From Nemertoderma westbladi (Eukaryota > Animalia > Xenacoelomorpha), in contig JAUCBJ010007475.1 of assembly GCA_032718475.1 (NCBI GenBank), forward strand, positions 18,617 through 82,616: 64,000 nucleotides of DNA, read 5' to 3'. This document shows, piece by piece, positions 1 to 11,240 of this stretch; the stretch's first letter is position 1; each line of letters starts with the position of its first letter. The position numbers and the translations under genes were made by a program. The notes beneath the pieces were generated by a model. That model did no database searches. It saw only the letters and a list, made by a program, of their open reading frames with translations, and was not told where the DNA came from.

Positions 1-388
1 AGAGAGAACAGGTGGAGTGAACGGGAAAACTCCAAAGGGCGCCAACAAGGGTATCAACCAATCAGAGGGGGGAAAGGCATCGATTAGGTAGAGTAACAAG
101 GCCAACCGTGCAATATAGCCACTTGGCAGTAATCATACCAATTCAGTTATCTCAGTGCATACCGGTGCTAGTTTAGGTTATTACATAGTTTAGCTAGGGA
201 AGGACCGGGACTTTAGTTACCGTATCCCGCTTTCCATATACAACAATATATCCCATATCTATATCTGTATCTATATCCACTTATCATATTATATACGACA
301 AACATCAGAACTCATTCACTCTTTATACACGGCGGGGACGCGTGAACTAAAACCGGATAAACCGGGATCCCTCTTGGATCCCGTCACA
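1..388. mobile_element. End of an LTR (truncated by window edge), related to the solo LTR at 16357-16946
   Basis: Ends GGATCCCGTCACA at 388, the reverse complement of TGTGACGGGATCC that starts the solo LTR at 16357; nearby sequence is also similar in opposite orientation. Confidence 0.45.
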
Positions 389-3384
389 TTTACCATGCAT
401 ATAAACGCTTCAACGAAATTATTTAGCTAATTATTCCAAAAGAATCACGATTACAATACGCATCTAATCATTTTGCGAGATAAACAATGAGCAAGCTGTC
501 TTATTAGTCTGGCTCTCTTTACACTGCTGCCTGTCCTATAGATGTAATTATTCATTTCTCGAGCAGCGGGAGGTGGGAGTTGGTTCCCATCCAGCTAAGC
601 AATAGAAGCAGGCCATGGAATGAGGGAGGTGGAAGTATAGTATGGAAAAACGGGGCATTCTAATAACTTAACATTTAGATCAATTAAAAATACACCCGTA
701 CATTACTTAAAGCAATACTTAACTCCCAAAAGAACCCAAAAAACCCAATAGAACCCAAAAGAACCTAAATTTGTTTTCAACATTATATTTTACCTCCAAA
801 TCTGCTGCAGATGTCCTCTTGCGCAGATTTTCTGCCACTTGTGCTTGAATTTATTCTTCGAATTAACTAACCTGACTCTTAACCCGACCTAATAGAATAC
901 TGACATTCTACTGTAAGTTACTTGTTAAGTCACGCAGAAAAACTCAAACACACATGCAGGCAGACTATTAACGTATCGGCTTTACAAACTTGCAGCGTTG
1001 CAGGGCCTCTTCTACGTAAACAGTAGGATTATTCATAAGCCTAGGGGCTGCGGCCTGGAGGTGGCATCTAAATCTGAAATTAACCGATGAGTGTATAGTA
1101 TGCGGAAAATATGATTCCATAAAAAAGGAACTCCGACATTTTTCCATCTAGCTGGAGACTGTTGAAAATAAACTTTTTCTCTTATTGATGCCTGCAAATT
1201 TTCAATTCGACAGATTTAAATCCGACAAAGTTGGATCCCCGGCCACCCCACTATCAGTGTCAGTTCGCAGAGGATCTGCAATACTGCAATACGACAAGAG
1301 TGAAAACAAATAACTCAAATTAAACAGTAGGCTACGCCACCTTGTGGTACATAATGTGCACTGGTTTGAAGGCCCTTGACAATGTAAAGGAGACGTTAAA
1401 CACAGCACGTTTCTCATTGTGTCCATGTTTCCATTTTCAAATATTCCTGTTAGACGGTTCAACACAACTGCAGTACAGCAATTACTGGTGCCAGACTATC
1501 TAAATATTGGGTGTAAACGCTACGCCGACAATAAATTTTTATTTTTAAATTTCTTCTAGAGCATATTTTTATCAAGATTCCAAATTTGAGAATCGTTTAG
1601 CATGATCTGTCTTAATTCTCGAGATATGGCTGTCTATCTGTTTGACTGTCGGTCTGTCCGTCACCGTCAGTATGTATCCAAAACAATAGAAAGATACTAC
1701 TGTATCTATCATAAAAATTTCCTGCATCGGTTTTCTTGGTCGGTGACTTCATTTCTGATGTCAGTATTCAAATTTGGCCTCGTCGTTTCTGTTTGTATGC
1801 TTGTCCTGCCCGTCAAAATAAAACCGACAGCCTGTTTCTACTGTAAGTTATTGATGACTAAATAATAAAATAGGCCTATTAAATATAATGCAAAAATAAA
1901 CAGATACAGTACGCCAGGGATCGAACACGTCTAATGTCTATGTTGATAAGTAATAGCGAAGTATCCATTCCACTAATCGGAAAGAATGAAAAAATAGGCA
2001 CAATGAGGAACGAACTGCGTTTAACGCCTCCTACAATGTAAATGACACAGTTTTGTATGTATTTCGTTGGCGGCAAATTCAAATCGAAGCGCCAACTGCC
2101 AGCTCTGAGAATCTGATAGAGAACTCTGATTACCCTGCTGCCTGGCCAGGGGCTGAGTTGTAGTTGGACGTGTACCGGTATGTCGTGTAGACGTACAGAC
2201 GTACCGTCGGTAGATAAGGCTACTGGCAGACACTGATTACCGTACATCTGTACTGCCATTGACTGCTGTACACGACTGTACAGTATCAGAGTACAGCCAA
2301 CACTTCACAGCTGCACAGTACTGCAGTAGTATCGGTACTACTCTGCTACTGCAGTACTGTCAGACTGCAGACTGTAGTAAGTAAGGAAAGGGAACACAAG
2401 CCAGCTAGTCAACTGGCAGACTGGTCAACTAGTTGCCACACTATTGCCAGACTACACTAAGGCTGTAAGGTACCGGTCTGCCGGTACCGTACCTACCGGC
2501 TACTGCCTGTACTGCCCTTCGTCTGTTCGTCGCCTACCAGGCTGCCAGGCTACCGGCTGACCTATACTCCCTGACTCCAGGACTCCCAGACTCCTGTCTG
2601 CCTGTACCTATCTGCCTGTTGACCTGTGTACTGTACAGTTTCAGTTTCTGGTACAATAATAAAACCTACTCTTATCTTACTGTCTTAGGGATGTATGGTC
2701 ACTAGCTAACTAGGGCTGTAGACGTCCGACAGTAGACAGGTAGAGGGTGGCTGGGTGGTCCAAAAAATGTTCACAGGGTACGGGTACCTATTGCCTGACT
2801 GCATGATTTTTTTGGTTATAGAGCTGTAGAGTAACTACTGACTGTTTAACCATGTGACTAATGACTCTGACCATATCTGCATATGGTTTCCCTCAATTGG
2901 TAAAGTGATCATTTATTGTTCTGGTTAGAAAAGCCTGCCTCTGTAACCTTCTCCTTTTCCTCAATTGGTATATTTATATAGGCCTATACCAGTACAGTAC
3001 ATCAGCAAATCAACGGGTTTTGGAACTTCAAAATATTGCCAAGTGGGTGTACTGAAACCGATTTTACCCAAAAATTGCTACACACTGACACAACCAGTTA
3101 TTAATACTGTTATTCTGTCCTGCTGTGCGACTATTTGTTTCTCATCTGATATTGATATCATTAGAGTGACTGTAGTTAGTTGTTGTAGGAGATACTGAGA
3201 TACATGCTACAGTCTTGCTACCACCTGTACTTCTAAAATGTCCGACTAATAACATGTACATGACAGTGACAATGACTTGAAATTAGCAGACTCTAATGTC
3301 TTATATTGCAGTATTGTATATTTATTCTGTTCTAGTTTTATTTTTGTTTTATTTTTGAATTTATTTTTGTGTCTACTATCTGAC

Positions 3385-4640
3385 AGTCTGACTGTTGATG
3401 GTGACACAGAACCATTTGAAGTATTATGGGGAGTCCTCCAAGGAGATACACTTGCGCTATTCTTGTTCATAATCATAATTGTGGTTGACTATGTCAGTAT
3501 GTTCTACGCATGTCCTTAGATCATCATAATTATGATGGGGTAATGGTAACTCCACCTACTGGCTCTAGAAGTCGAGTAATTCCTGCCAAGTACCTAACTG
3601 ATCTAGACTTTGCTGATGACTTAGGAGTACTCCTGTACTCTCAGAATCACTAGAGGAAGCCCAACGGCTCCTCACCTAATTAGAACAGGCTGCTTCTAGT
3701 GTTGGTCTTTTTATTAACTCCAAAAAGACCAACATTTTGGCAGTTAATTTTGAAAGTGCTCAGCCAGTCAGCAAGTCTCTGACCGGATGAACATAAGCTC
3801 AAAGGATGGTATGCTCGGAGACGGGGGGGGGGGGGGGGTGGGTGGGGGGAAACTTGATGCAAAACCCGCCTTGGCGAATTAATATCCCGCATCAATGTTA
3901 AATTCACAATTTAGGGAAAGGAGCAGGTTACAGTGGCACGATATTTTAACCAAAACAATAAACTAAACACAATAAAACAGGTAACTGTTATATTTTTGAG
4001 AGTAATCATCTGTTATTTGCGTCCAATTTCCCCTGGAGAGGGGTGAATTTTTATTGTGTCCAGTATGCTCGAGCATGTGGATGACTTCTGTTACCGGGGG
4101 TCATGGATCCGGAAGTCAAATGAGGACCTTCGAAATTCGAATACGTAAGGGAAAGGCATGGTCAGCCTTGAATGGGCTTTCTAGGATTTGGAAATCATAT
4201 AGAATTAAGGTCCGATTATTTAGAGCAGCAGTAGTTCCCGTACTCCTCTATGGGAGTCCATGCTGGGCTCTAACTGCTGAGGACGCCAAATCTCTGGATG
4301 GCACATTCACAAGAATGCTACGCCGGGTTCATTGTGTCGGGCAATGCACACATCTCCAACCAGACACTATATAACATTGGAGATAGATGTCTCATTGGTT
4401 CCCCCAAGCTTGACACTATAACAAAGTTGCCTCCGCTTTGCAGGACATTGCTTTCGCCGTGAGGACCAGCCAGTGCCTAATCATGTGCTTTGGCAGCCTC
4501 ATGGAGTGAATAATAAGCATGGTGGACAACCCATGACTTTCTTGAGACGCATGTTAAAGGACACCAGCATTGAAGATGCGGATGATCTAGCAAATGTCAT
4601 GGGTGATAGGGAGTTGTGGTGGCGCAATTTTGTCGACAAG
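3385..4640 (+). pseudogene. Degraded RTE-clade non-LTR retrotransposon reverse transcriptase (3' half), interrupted by an insertion at ~3790-4060
   Basis: Motifs GVLQGDTLA.FLF, LTDLDFADDL, GLFINSKKT, IRKGKAWSALNGL.RIWKS, RLFRAAVVPVLLYGS, with stops and frameshifts. Confidence 0.8.
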
Positions 4641-4827
4641 CCACCTGCAGCTGCAATGCAGCATGCCGATCCTAGTAGTAGTAGTAGTAGATCTGATATT
4701 GATATCATCAGAGTGACTGTAGTTAGTTGTTGTAGGAGATTCATGCTACAGTCTTGCTACCACCTGTACTTCTAAAATGTCCTGTTAATAATATGTACTT
4801 TGACGATATATTGTATATTATTCTATT

Positions 4828-5036
4828 ATCATTAGAACCACCTATTGCAAGCGCTTTCTTATTGGTTGAATATTCAATATTTTAATCGTCCAATCAGAGA
4901 GTCAGAAACTTCTCGAGATTAGGATGTTGTAACACAGGAGGCAGAACATCATAATTTCAAGCGTTTCTGATTGGATGACTGAAATATTAAATTATTCTAC
5001 CAATAAGAAGGCGCTTGAATTAGGAGGTTCCAATGA
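4828..5036. mobile_element. MITE-like fold-back element with ~70-80 bp imperfect inverted repeats
   Basis: ATTAGAACCACCTATTGCAAGCGCTTTCTTATTGGTTGAATA... versus ...TATTCTACCAATAAGAAGGCGCTTGAATTAGGAGGTTCCAATGA; second copy at ~44805-45012. Confidence 0.5.
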
Positions 5037-5219
5037 CACTAATAAAATGCATTTGTTTTGTTTTGTTTTATGCATTGTCAGATTGTTATTGTTTTTACAT
5101 ACATACATAATAACAATGACCGAACGTAATCAGGATCGAATGTAAATAGTTATTACGTATCGAACGTAACTGCAATTATGTTATATTGGATCCTATAACT
5201 ATGTTACATTCGATCTACA

Positions 5220-6783
5220 CGAAGTGGGGCCTTCGCGCAGCACGTGACTTAAATTTAATTTAAGTACTAATTTGAAAGTATTACTGTATTAGCAAATTTT
5301 AAGCAGATTTCGCCTAATCACTTTTTACCTCTTCCATTTCTATTCAGACATTTCTGACTCTAGCGGTATAGTGAGAACTGAAGATGGATTAGGGTCTCCA
5401 GCCCCACAAAGACACAGCCTATGGATGAATAGTACACACGTACATCGGCCAAGTTTCATCTTGAATAACGGATAACGAAATGAGAGACGGATCTCACTTT
5501 CAGAAATTTCGTCGTATAGCGGCAGACCGATTAAATCTCCCCCCCCCCCCCCCCCCCCCCCACAAAGACGCAGCATGTGGTCCAGAATATATGGCAAGAT
5601 TCAGCTTAAACTGATTAAAATCAATGAGACGGGAGAATCTATTCACTTTCAGGCATAAAGTAGTCCTATAGCGGGTGACTGTTGAACTGATTTTCAACAA
5701 AACAAATTTTCAATTTGGCAGCTTTAAATTCGACAAAGTTATAAGCATGTCAATATCATAACGACGACAACGATTTCACTTTCAGACATTTGGCCCTCTA
5801 GCGGCAGACTGGAGAACTGCAGATGGATTCGCCTCCTTTGAAAGTCACAGCTAATGGTCTAATACATATCTGCCAAGTTTCAGCTTAAACGGATTAAAAG
5901 CAAAGAAATGGGAGGGCATTTAATGTTTAGACATGTGGCCCTCTAGCGGGAGACCATTGCACTGATGGTGTCTGAAAGTCTCTCAAAAATCTCAACTTTA
6001 GCTCATATTGATACCTAGAAATTTTCAACTTGGCAGCTTTAAATCCGACAAAGTTTCAAAAATCTCAACTTTAGCTCATATTGATACCTAGAAATTTTCA
6101 ACTTGGCAGCTTTAAATCCGACAAAGTTATTAGCATGTCAAAATCGTAACGACGACAACGATTTCACTTTCAGACCTTTGGCCCTCTAGCGGCAGACTGG
6201 AGAACTGCAGATGGATTCGCCTCCTTTGAAAGTCACAGCTAATGGTCTAATACATATCTGCCAAGTTTCAGCTTAAACGGATTAAAAGCAAAGAAATGGG
6301 AGGGCATTTAATGTTTAGACATGAGGCCCTCTAGCGGGAGACCATTGCACTGATGGTGTCTGAAAGTCTCTCAAAAATCTCAACTTTTGCTCATATTGAT
6401 ACCTACAAATTTTCAACTTGGCAGCTTTAAATCCGACAAAGTTATTAGCATGTCAAAATCGTAACGACGACAACGATTTCACTTTCAGACCTTTGGCCCT
6501 CTAGCGGCAGACTGGAGAACTGCAGATGGATTCGCCTCCTTTGAAAGTCACAGCTAATGGTCTAATACATATCTGCCAAGTTTCAGCTTAAACGGATTAA
6601 AAGCAAAGAAATGGGAGGGCATTTAATGTTTAGACATGTGGCCCTCTAGCGGGAGACCATTGCACTGATGGTGTCTGAAAGTCTCTCAAAAATCTCAACT
6701 TTTGCTCATATTGATACCTACAAATTTTCAACTTGGCAGCTTTAAATCCGACAAAGTTATTAGCATGTCAAAATCGTAACGAC

Positions 6784-6815
<32 letters not shown>

Positions 6816-6912
6816 CGACGACAACGACGACGACAACTATTTGCATAAATTGACCCACCCCCTAACAGTGTCAATTCGCTAAGGCTCCGCCAACTTCGTG
6901 GCTTGCCCCACA
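5220..6912. mobile_element. Copy-A-specific non-autonomous insertion (Helentron/DINE-like) with internal 315-bp tandem repeats and (CGA)n microsatellite
   Basis: Absent from copy B, which reads TCGATCTACA|AATTACTAAGCTCG at 45181. Units start at 5715, 6030/6103, 6418 and 6733 (315-bp period). (CGA/CAA)n at ~6779-6836. Short subterminal inverted motifs CACGAAGTGG / CCAACTTCGTG. The superfamily is inferred. Confidence 0.6.
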
Positions 6913-7521
6913 AATTAATAAGCTCGAATGTATCATTGCCATTTACAGATTTAAAGGAGCAGATTACAGAGGCGTGTTGGGGGAACCAAAACAATAAACG
7001 AAAGTTAACACATGTTACAAGATTATGCAGGTTACTTTTATTTAAAGGCTGAAAGGAGCAGGTTACAGCTTACAGAGGCGTGTTGGGGGAACCAAAACAA
7101 TAAACGAAAGTTAACACATGTTTCAAGATTATGCAGGTTACTGAATTGGGTCTTGGGTCTTTGTTTTGTACTCACCAACATCAAACTGTTTCTTCCTGTA
7201 AATAAACGAAGCATTTCATCGGTTAACTCCTGAAATCAAATTATTCCCTTACAGTTTCTAAATTACTGTCACTTTGTCTATCTTCTCAGATCCCTCCAAG
7301 AATTGCGAAGAGCTGGTTGCATTTTACCCTCACTATCGTGGATTCTTACAGTCTTACTTGTCAGTAATTGTGTAAATTTGAACGACAAGTAATCTCTGAT
7401 TTTTTATTTGATCTATATTTTATATTTAATCTTAGTTATACTGGTAGCCTAATATATAATAGCTTAATTATTTATTATTGCGTACTACATGTACTATAAT
7501 AATGGCATTACAGTATAGTTG

Positions 7522-8740
7522 ATGTATCGATATTTACGAAGTGTGCCACATGTAAGAGAAAAGAACATCAGCAATCACCATCAACCAGCTCACTGTTTCA
7601 GATTTGCACATCCAGGTATCATTGTCAGAGGTTCTGCAACCACTAGTTTCAATAGACTATTTTGCCTAACTGCTGGGGCATTAGGATTTAAACACAGCTG
7701 TCTTACAAATTATAATTTGGGTTATTTCACCCACCTGCACAACAGAGCAATCACTACTGGTAATATGGATAACCTAATGGATAGCGATAGTGACAGCATC
7801 ACAGGAGAGTCTACAGTTAAAAAGAAGGTTATTAAGAAACCGGAAGCTTCTATGCCTTGTACTGCAAATAAACGACTATCTATCGAGAGAATTTATCATA
7901 AGAAGACCCAACTTGAGCATATATTGCTGAGACCTGATACTTATATTGGTTCCGTAGAAACGGTAACTCAGCCAATGTGGATTCATGATGGCAGGAAACT
8001 GCGTCTTAAAGAAGTTTCTTTTGTCCCCGGTTTGTACAAAATACACTTGAGATTCTTGTAAACGCTGCTGATACTTATTATCAGCAGCATTTACAAGAAT
8101 CTCATCAACTATTTTGTACAAACAGGGACAAACCGGGGTTCGAGATTCCAACATGAGTCTTATAAAGGTGGTCATAGAACCTGAAAACAATTTAATTAGT
8201 GTTTGGAACAATGGCAGGGGAATTCCTATACAGATACACAAAACCGAGAAAATGTACGTTCCCACCATGATTTTCGGTCATTTGCTGACCTCCAGCAACT
8301 TTGATGACGACCAGAAGAAGGTAACTGGTGGAAGAAACGGTTATGGAGCTAAATTATGTAACATTTTCTCTAAACGTTTTATCTTGGAGACGGGAAATAA
8401 AGAAGAAGATGGTGCGAAGATATTTAAACAAGAATGGAAAGATAATAAGACTCAAACAAAAGATCCTGTTGTGAAATCCGGAAGGGATAATTTTACAAGT
8501 CTTACCTTCTACCCGGATTTAGAAAAGTTTCATTTATCACGGCTCGAGGATGATTTTGTTGGAATGGTTCGTCGACGTGCCTACGATGTTGCTGCTACCA
8601 CTCAGGGTAAAGTGAACGTTACTTTCAATGGAGAACGAATACCTGTGAAGAACTTTAAGGAGTATGTGGAGCTGTACATTAAAGCAGTTCATCAGGATGA
8701 AGATGGTGAAGAAATTCCTCTTGTTTATGAAAAAATAAAT
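7522..8740 (+). pseudogene. TOP2: 3'-truncated, rearranged DNA topoisomerase II pseudogene (N-terminal ATPase region)
   Basis: ~99% identical to 45777-46937 (EHILLRPDTYIGS, VTGGRNGYGAKL); frame broken by an inverted duplication at ~8045-8137; ends in a fold-back at 8741. Confidence 0.92.
8020..8132. repeat. Imperfect inverted duplication inside the TOP2 pseudogene
   Basis: TTATTATCAGCAGCATTTACAAGAATCTCATCAACTATTTTGTACAAACAGGGACAAA is the reverse complement of the immediately upstream TOP2 sequence (LYKIxDEILVNAADNK readable on the minus strand). Confidence 0.9.
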
Positions 8741-8839
8741 GATTTATTTTTTCATAAACAAGAGGAATTTCTTCACCATCTTCATCCTGATGAACTGCTT
8801 TAATGTACAGCTCCACATACTCCTTAAAGTTCTTCACAG
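8643..8839. repeat. Perfect 197-bp palindrome (98-bp arms, 1-nt centre at 8741) at the TOP2/YTH junction
   Basis: CTGTGAAGAAC...AAAAATAAAT-G-ATTTATTTTTT...GTTCTTCACAG; the same peptide [32 protein letters not shown] is read on both strands. Confidence 0.97.
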
Positions 8840-10073
8840 CTTCCTCATCCTCCAGTTCAACATCTTCGAGTTCCAACTCGGGATCCGGGGGTCGCCATGG
8901 GGACCGTCGACGCGCGGACGCCCCCCAGCGTGTCGGAACGAAAGGTCGTCGTCGCCGGCGGTCCCCCCGTGGTGACGAGAGGAAGCGATCGGAGCGTTCC
9001 CCCCGCGCGGAACGCGAGCGGTCTCCGCGTCGCAAACGGAAGTCCCGTTCCCGATCCAAACCCAAGGAGTCGGGGAGACGGGGGCTCGAGCGGGACGGTG
9101 GGGGAAAGCGGGGGGACGGGGGAGGGGCGAAACAGATGGAGGAAAGACATAAGGACAACAGAGAGGCCAGGGAGGCGAGTTTGGAACGGCATCGAGAGAA
9201 AAATAGAAAATACGTTCGATATTTAATGAGAGAAGCGAGATTCTTCGTGATAAAAAGTAACAACCACGAGAAAGTGGCGTTGGCCAAGGCGAAAGGGGTT
9301 TGGTCAACACCACCTATGAACGAAAAGCGTTTGAACTGGGCCTTCAAAGAGTCGCGCAATGTAATTCTAATATTCTCTGTGAAGGAGAGCGGAAAGTTTC
9401 AGGGCGTAGCGAGATTGGCGAAGTTGTCCAACCGAGATGGGCCTATGGTTCAGTGGGTTCTTCCGCAAGGGTTGACGAACGCGGCTCTAGGCGGCGTCTT
9501 TAAGATCGACTGGCTCAACCGGAAGGATCTGCACTTCGAGAAGACTGCGCATCTCTTCAACCCCTGGAACGAGAACAAACCAGTTAAGATCGGTCGCGAC
9601 GGACAGGAGGTTGAACCCGGATGCGCCAAGGCGCTGTGTGATCTGTTCCCGCCTGACGATCACATATCCGTCGCGGATATCGTGCGACGTGTGCGACGCG
9701 ATCGCGCGATGGAAGGCGATGATATCGATTGTAAGCGTCGTAAAGGCGCGCCCGAGACGCCGCTGGATGGGGGGTCGGTTCGGGATCGGCGACCTCCACC
9801 GAGACGGGACGACGATAGGTACCACCGAGCCGAGCGCTACCGACCCCCCCCCCCCCCCCCGAGCGATACGGGTTCCTGCCGCCCCCGCCCCCCATGATGA
9901 TCCCGGCGGGGGGCGGGGTCTACGGGCCTCCCCCGCCCGGCTACCCCCCAATGCCCCCCCGACCCAGCCCCTACTCAACCCCTATCTACATGGACGCGTC
10001 CGGCCCTGTCCCGGGTTACACTCGCTCAGGTAACGGACGCGACGATACCCGGTACCTTCCTCGACGCAGATAG
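8803..10073 (+). CDS. YTHDC1: YTHDC1-like m6A reader ORF (RS-rich region, YTH domain, Pro-rich tail); N-terminally truncated/chimeric, possibly a pseudogene
   Basis: [74 protein letters not shown]. The ORF track stops at 9897, but a frame change in the C17 run (9844-9860) gives a Pro/Tyr-rich tail [11 protein letters not shown]...YLPRRR* ending at 10073. No introns. Confidence 0.85.
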
Positions 10074-10452
10074 TTCCGTCGTGGAATATTGGCGCACACG
10101 AATTACCTGCATTTAATGACGAGTTATTTCTACATCACGTATTCTTTATAACGCAACTTTTATTAAAGTCTAAATGATAACGATATGGTAAATGATATTT
10201 CCTTCTTCGAGTTATGCAACTTTAACAAATCGTATTATTATTGATATAATAATTTGTTGAAATTATTTCAAATCGATTATTTGATTAGTTTACAAATAAT
10301 ATTATTTCAATCGTTATTTTCATGTTTAATGTGGACTTCTGTCAATCTTTTCAGTTAGTAAATGTTTGAACATATTGAATAGAATAGATACAGCGTCTCA
10401 TGTGGGCGAAGGTCCCTCAAATTTTTCATATCTTATATCAATATCGGTATGA

Positions 10453-10783
10453 TAATAAGTGAATTGTTGTGGGGTGAGTGACGCGGTGAATCAAATATAC
10501 AATGTAAATAGGACAAATATGATAATGCTCTCCATAGCGAAAAATATATTTTCCTTTATACTTTACCTATATATACTTTCCTTTGAGTGATTAGTTGGCC
10601 TAAATATGATCTCCCACTCCACAGCGAAATATTCATCCGGTCTGGTAGCTCAGTACACTCACCCGGCTGATGATAACCAGAAGTTTGAAACCTAGGTACC
10701 GGGTTCGAGCCCCAATAGGGCCGGTTGATATTTTTCGCTATGGAGAGCATTATCATATTTGTCCTATTTACATTGTATATTTA
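10453..10783. mobile_element. Short element with 55-bp inverted repeats enclosing a tRNA-derived segment, flanked by a 13-bp direct repeat
   Basis: IR 10493-10547 / 10728-10782; A-box-like GGTAGCTCAGT and B-box GGTTCGAGCCC within 10637-10724; AATATCGGTATGA at 10440-10452 and 10784-10796. Confidence 0.65.
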
Positions 10784-11240
10784 AATATCGGTATGAGAAC
10801 TCACGTTTAATTTATTAATTGTTACGATAAAAATTAATAGATACCTAGACCAACGGCATACCAAACCAAGCCAAATCTCCACATAGTTGTCGCAATTTCG
10901 TTCCTCCCTAGTCCCTTTTATCCCTTTCAAGTTGGTCAAGTTCGCCCACGTTAACGCCTAAGTGATCAGAGTACATGTGAAACACGAACCACCGTAGGCA
11001 ACCCGTAGGCAACCCGAAGGCTCCTCTCTCTTGGCTGTTACCTGTTAGGCAGGGAGGGAGGACTCCCAAGATCGAATATTTTCACTATCCAACCGTTTTC
11101 TTTACTTCCCCGACATCCATGTTACCGGCCAGGTACCCATTATAATAGATTATCTATATATAATAGAATAGCTGGGTGGTCTGAAGGTAGTTCATTCGAG
11201 TTAACAGCTTAACTAAATCGAGGATGTTCCGTATCTGGGT

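Larger units (their letters stand above)
1342..8742 (+). repeat. Segmental duplication copy A (TOP2 upstream region plus 5' part of TOP2)
   Basis: Near-identical to 34050-46939 from TTGTGGTACATAATGTGCAC to ...GAAAAAATAAATGA once copy-specific insertions are removed; duplicated ORFs in the ORF track (1879/34568, 2965/42948, 4054/44030, 4473/44449, 7519/45774). Confidence 0.95.

Noticed and set aside
1879-2259. 126-aa minus-strand ORF conserved in both duplicates (34568-34942)
   Set aside because: Conservation is explained by the recent duplication; no domain or coding-like composition was recognised.
1342-8742. Duplication as an uncollapsed-haplotype assembly artefact
   Set aside because: Copy A has its own insertion, two fold-backs and a fusion to unrelated sequence, and copy B has TSD-flanked insertions, which fits a real duplication better; raw-read confirmation is still advisable.
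10637-10724. Functional tRNA gene
   Set aside because: Has A/B boxes, but the D and anticodon arms do not form a canonical cloverleaf, and it is embedded in a repeat with TSD.
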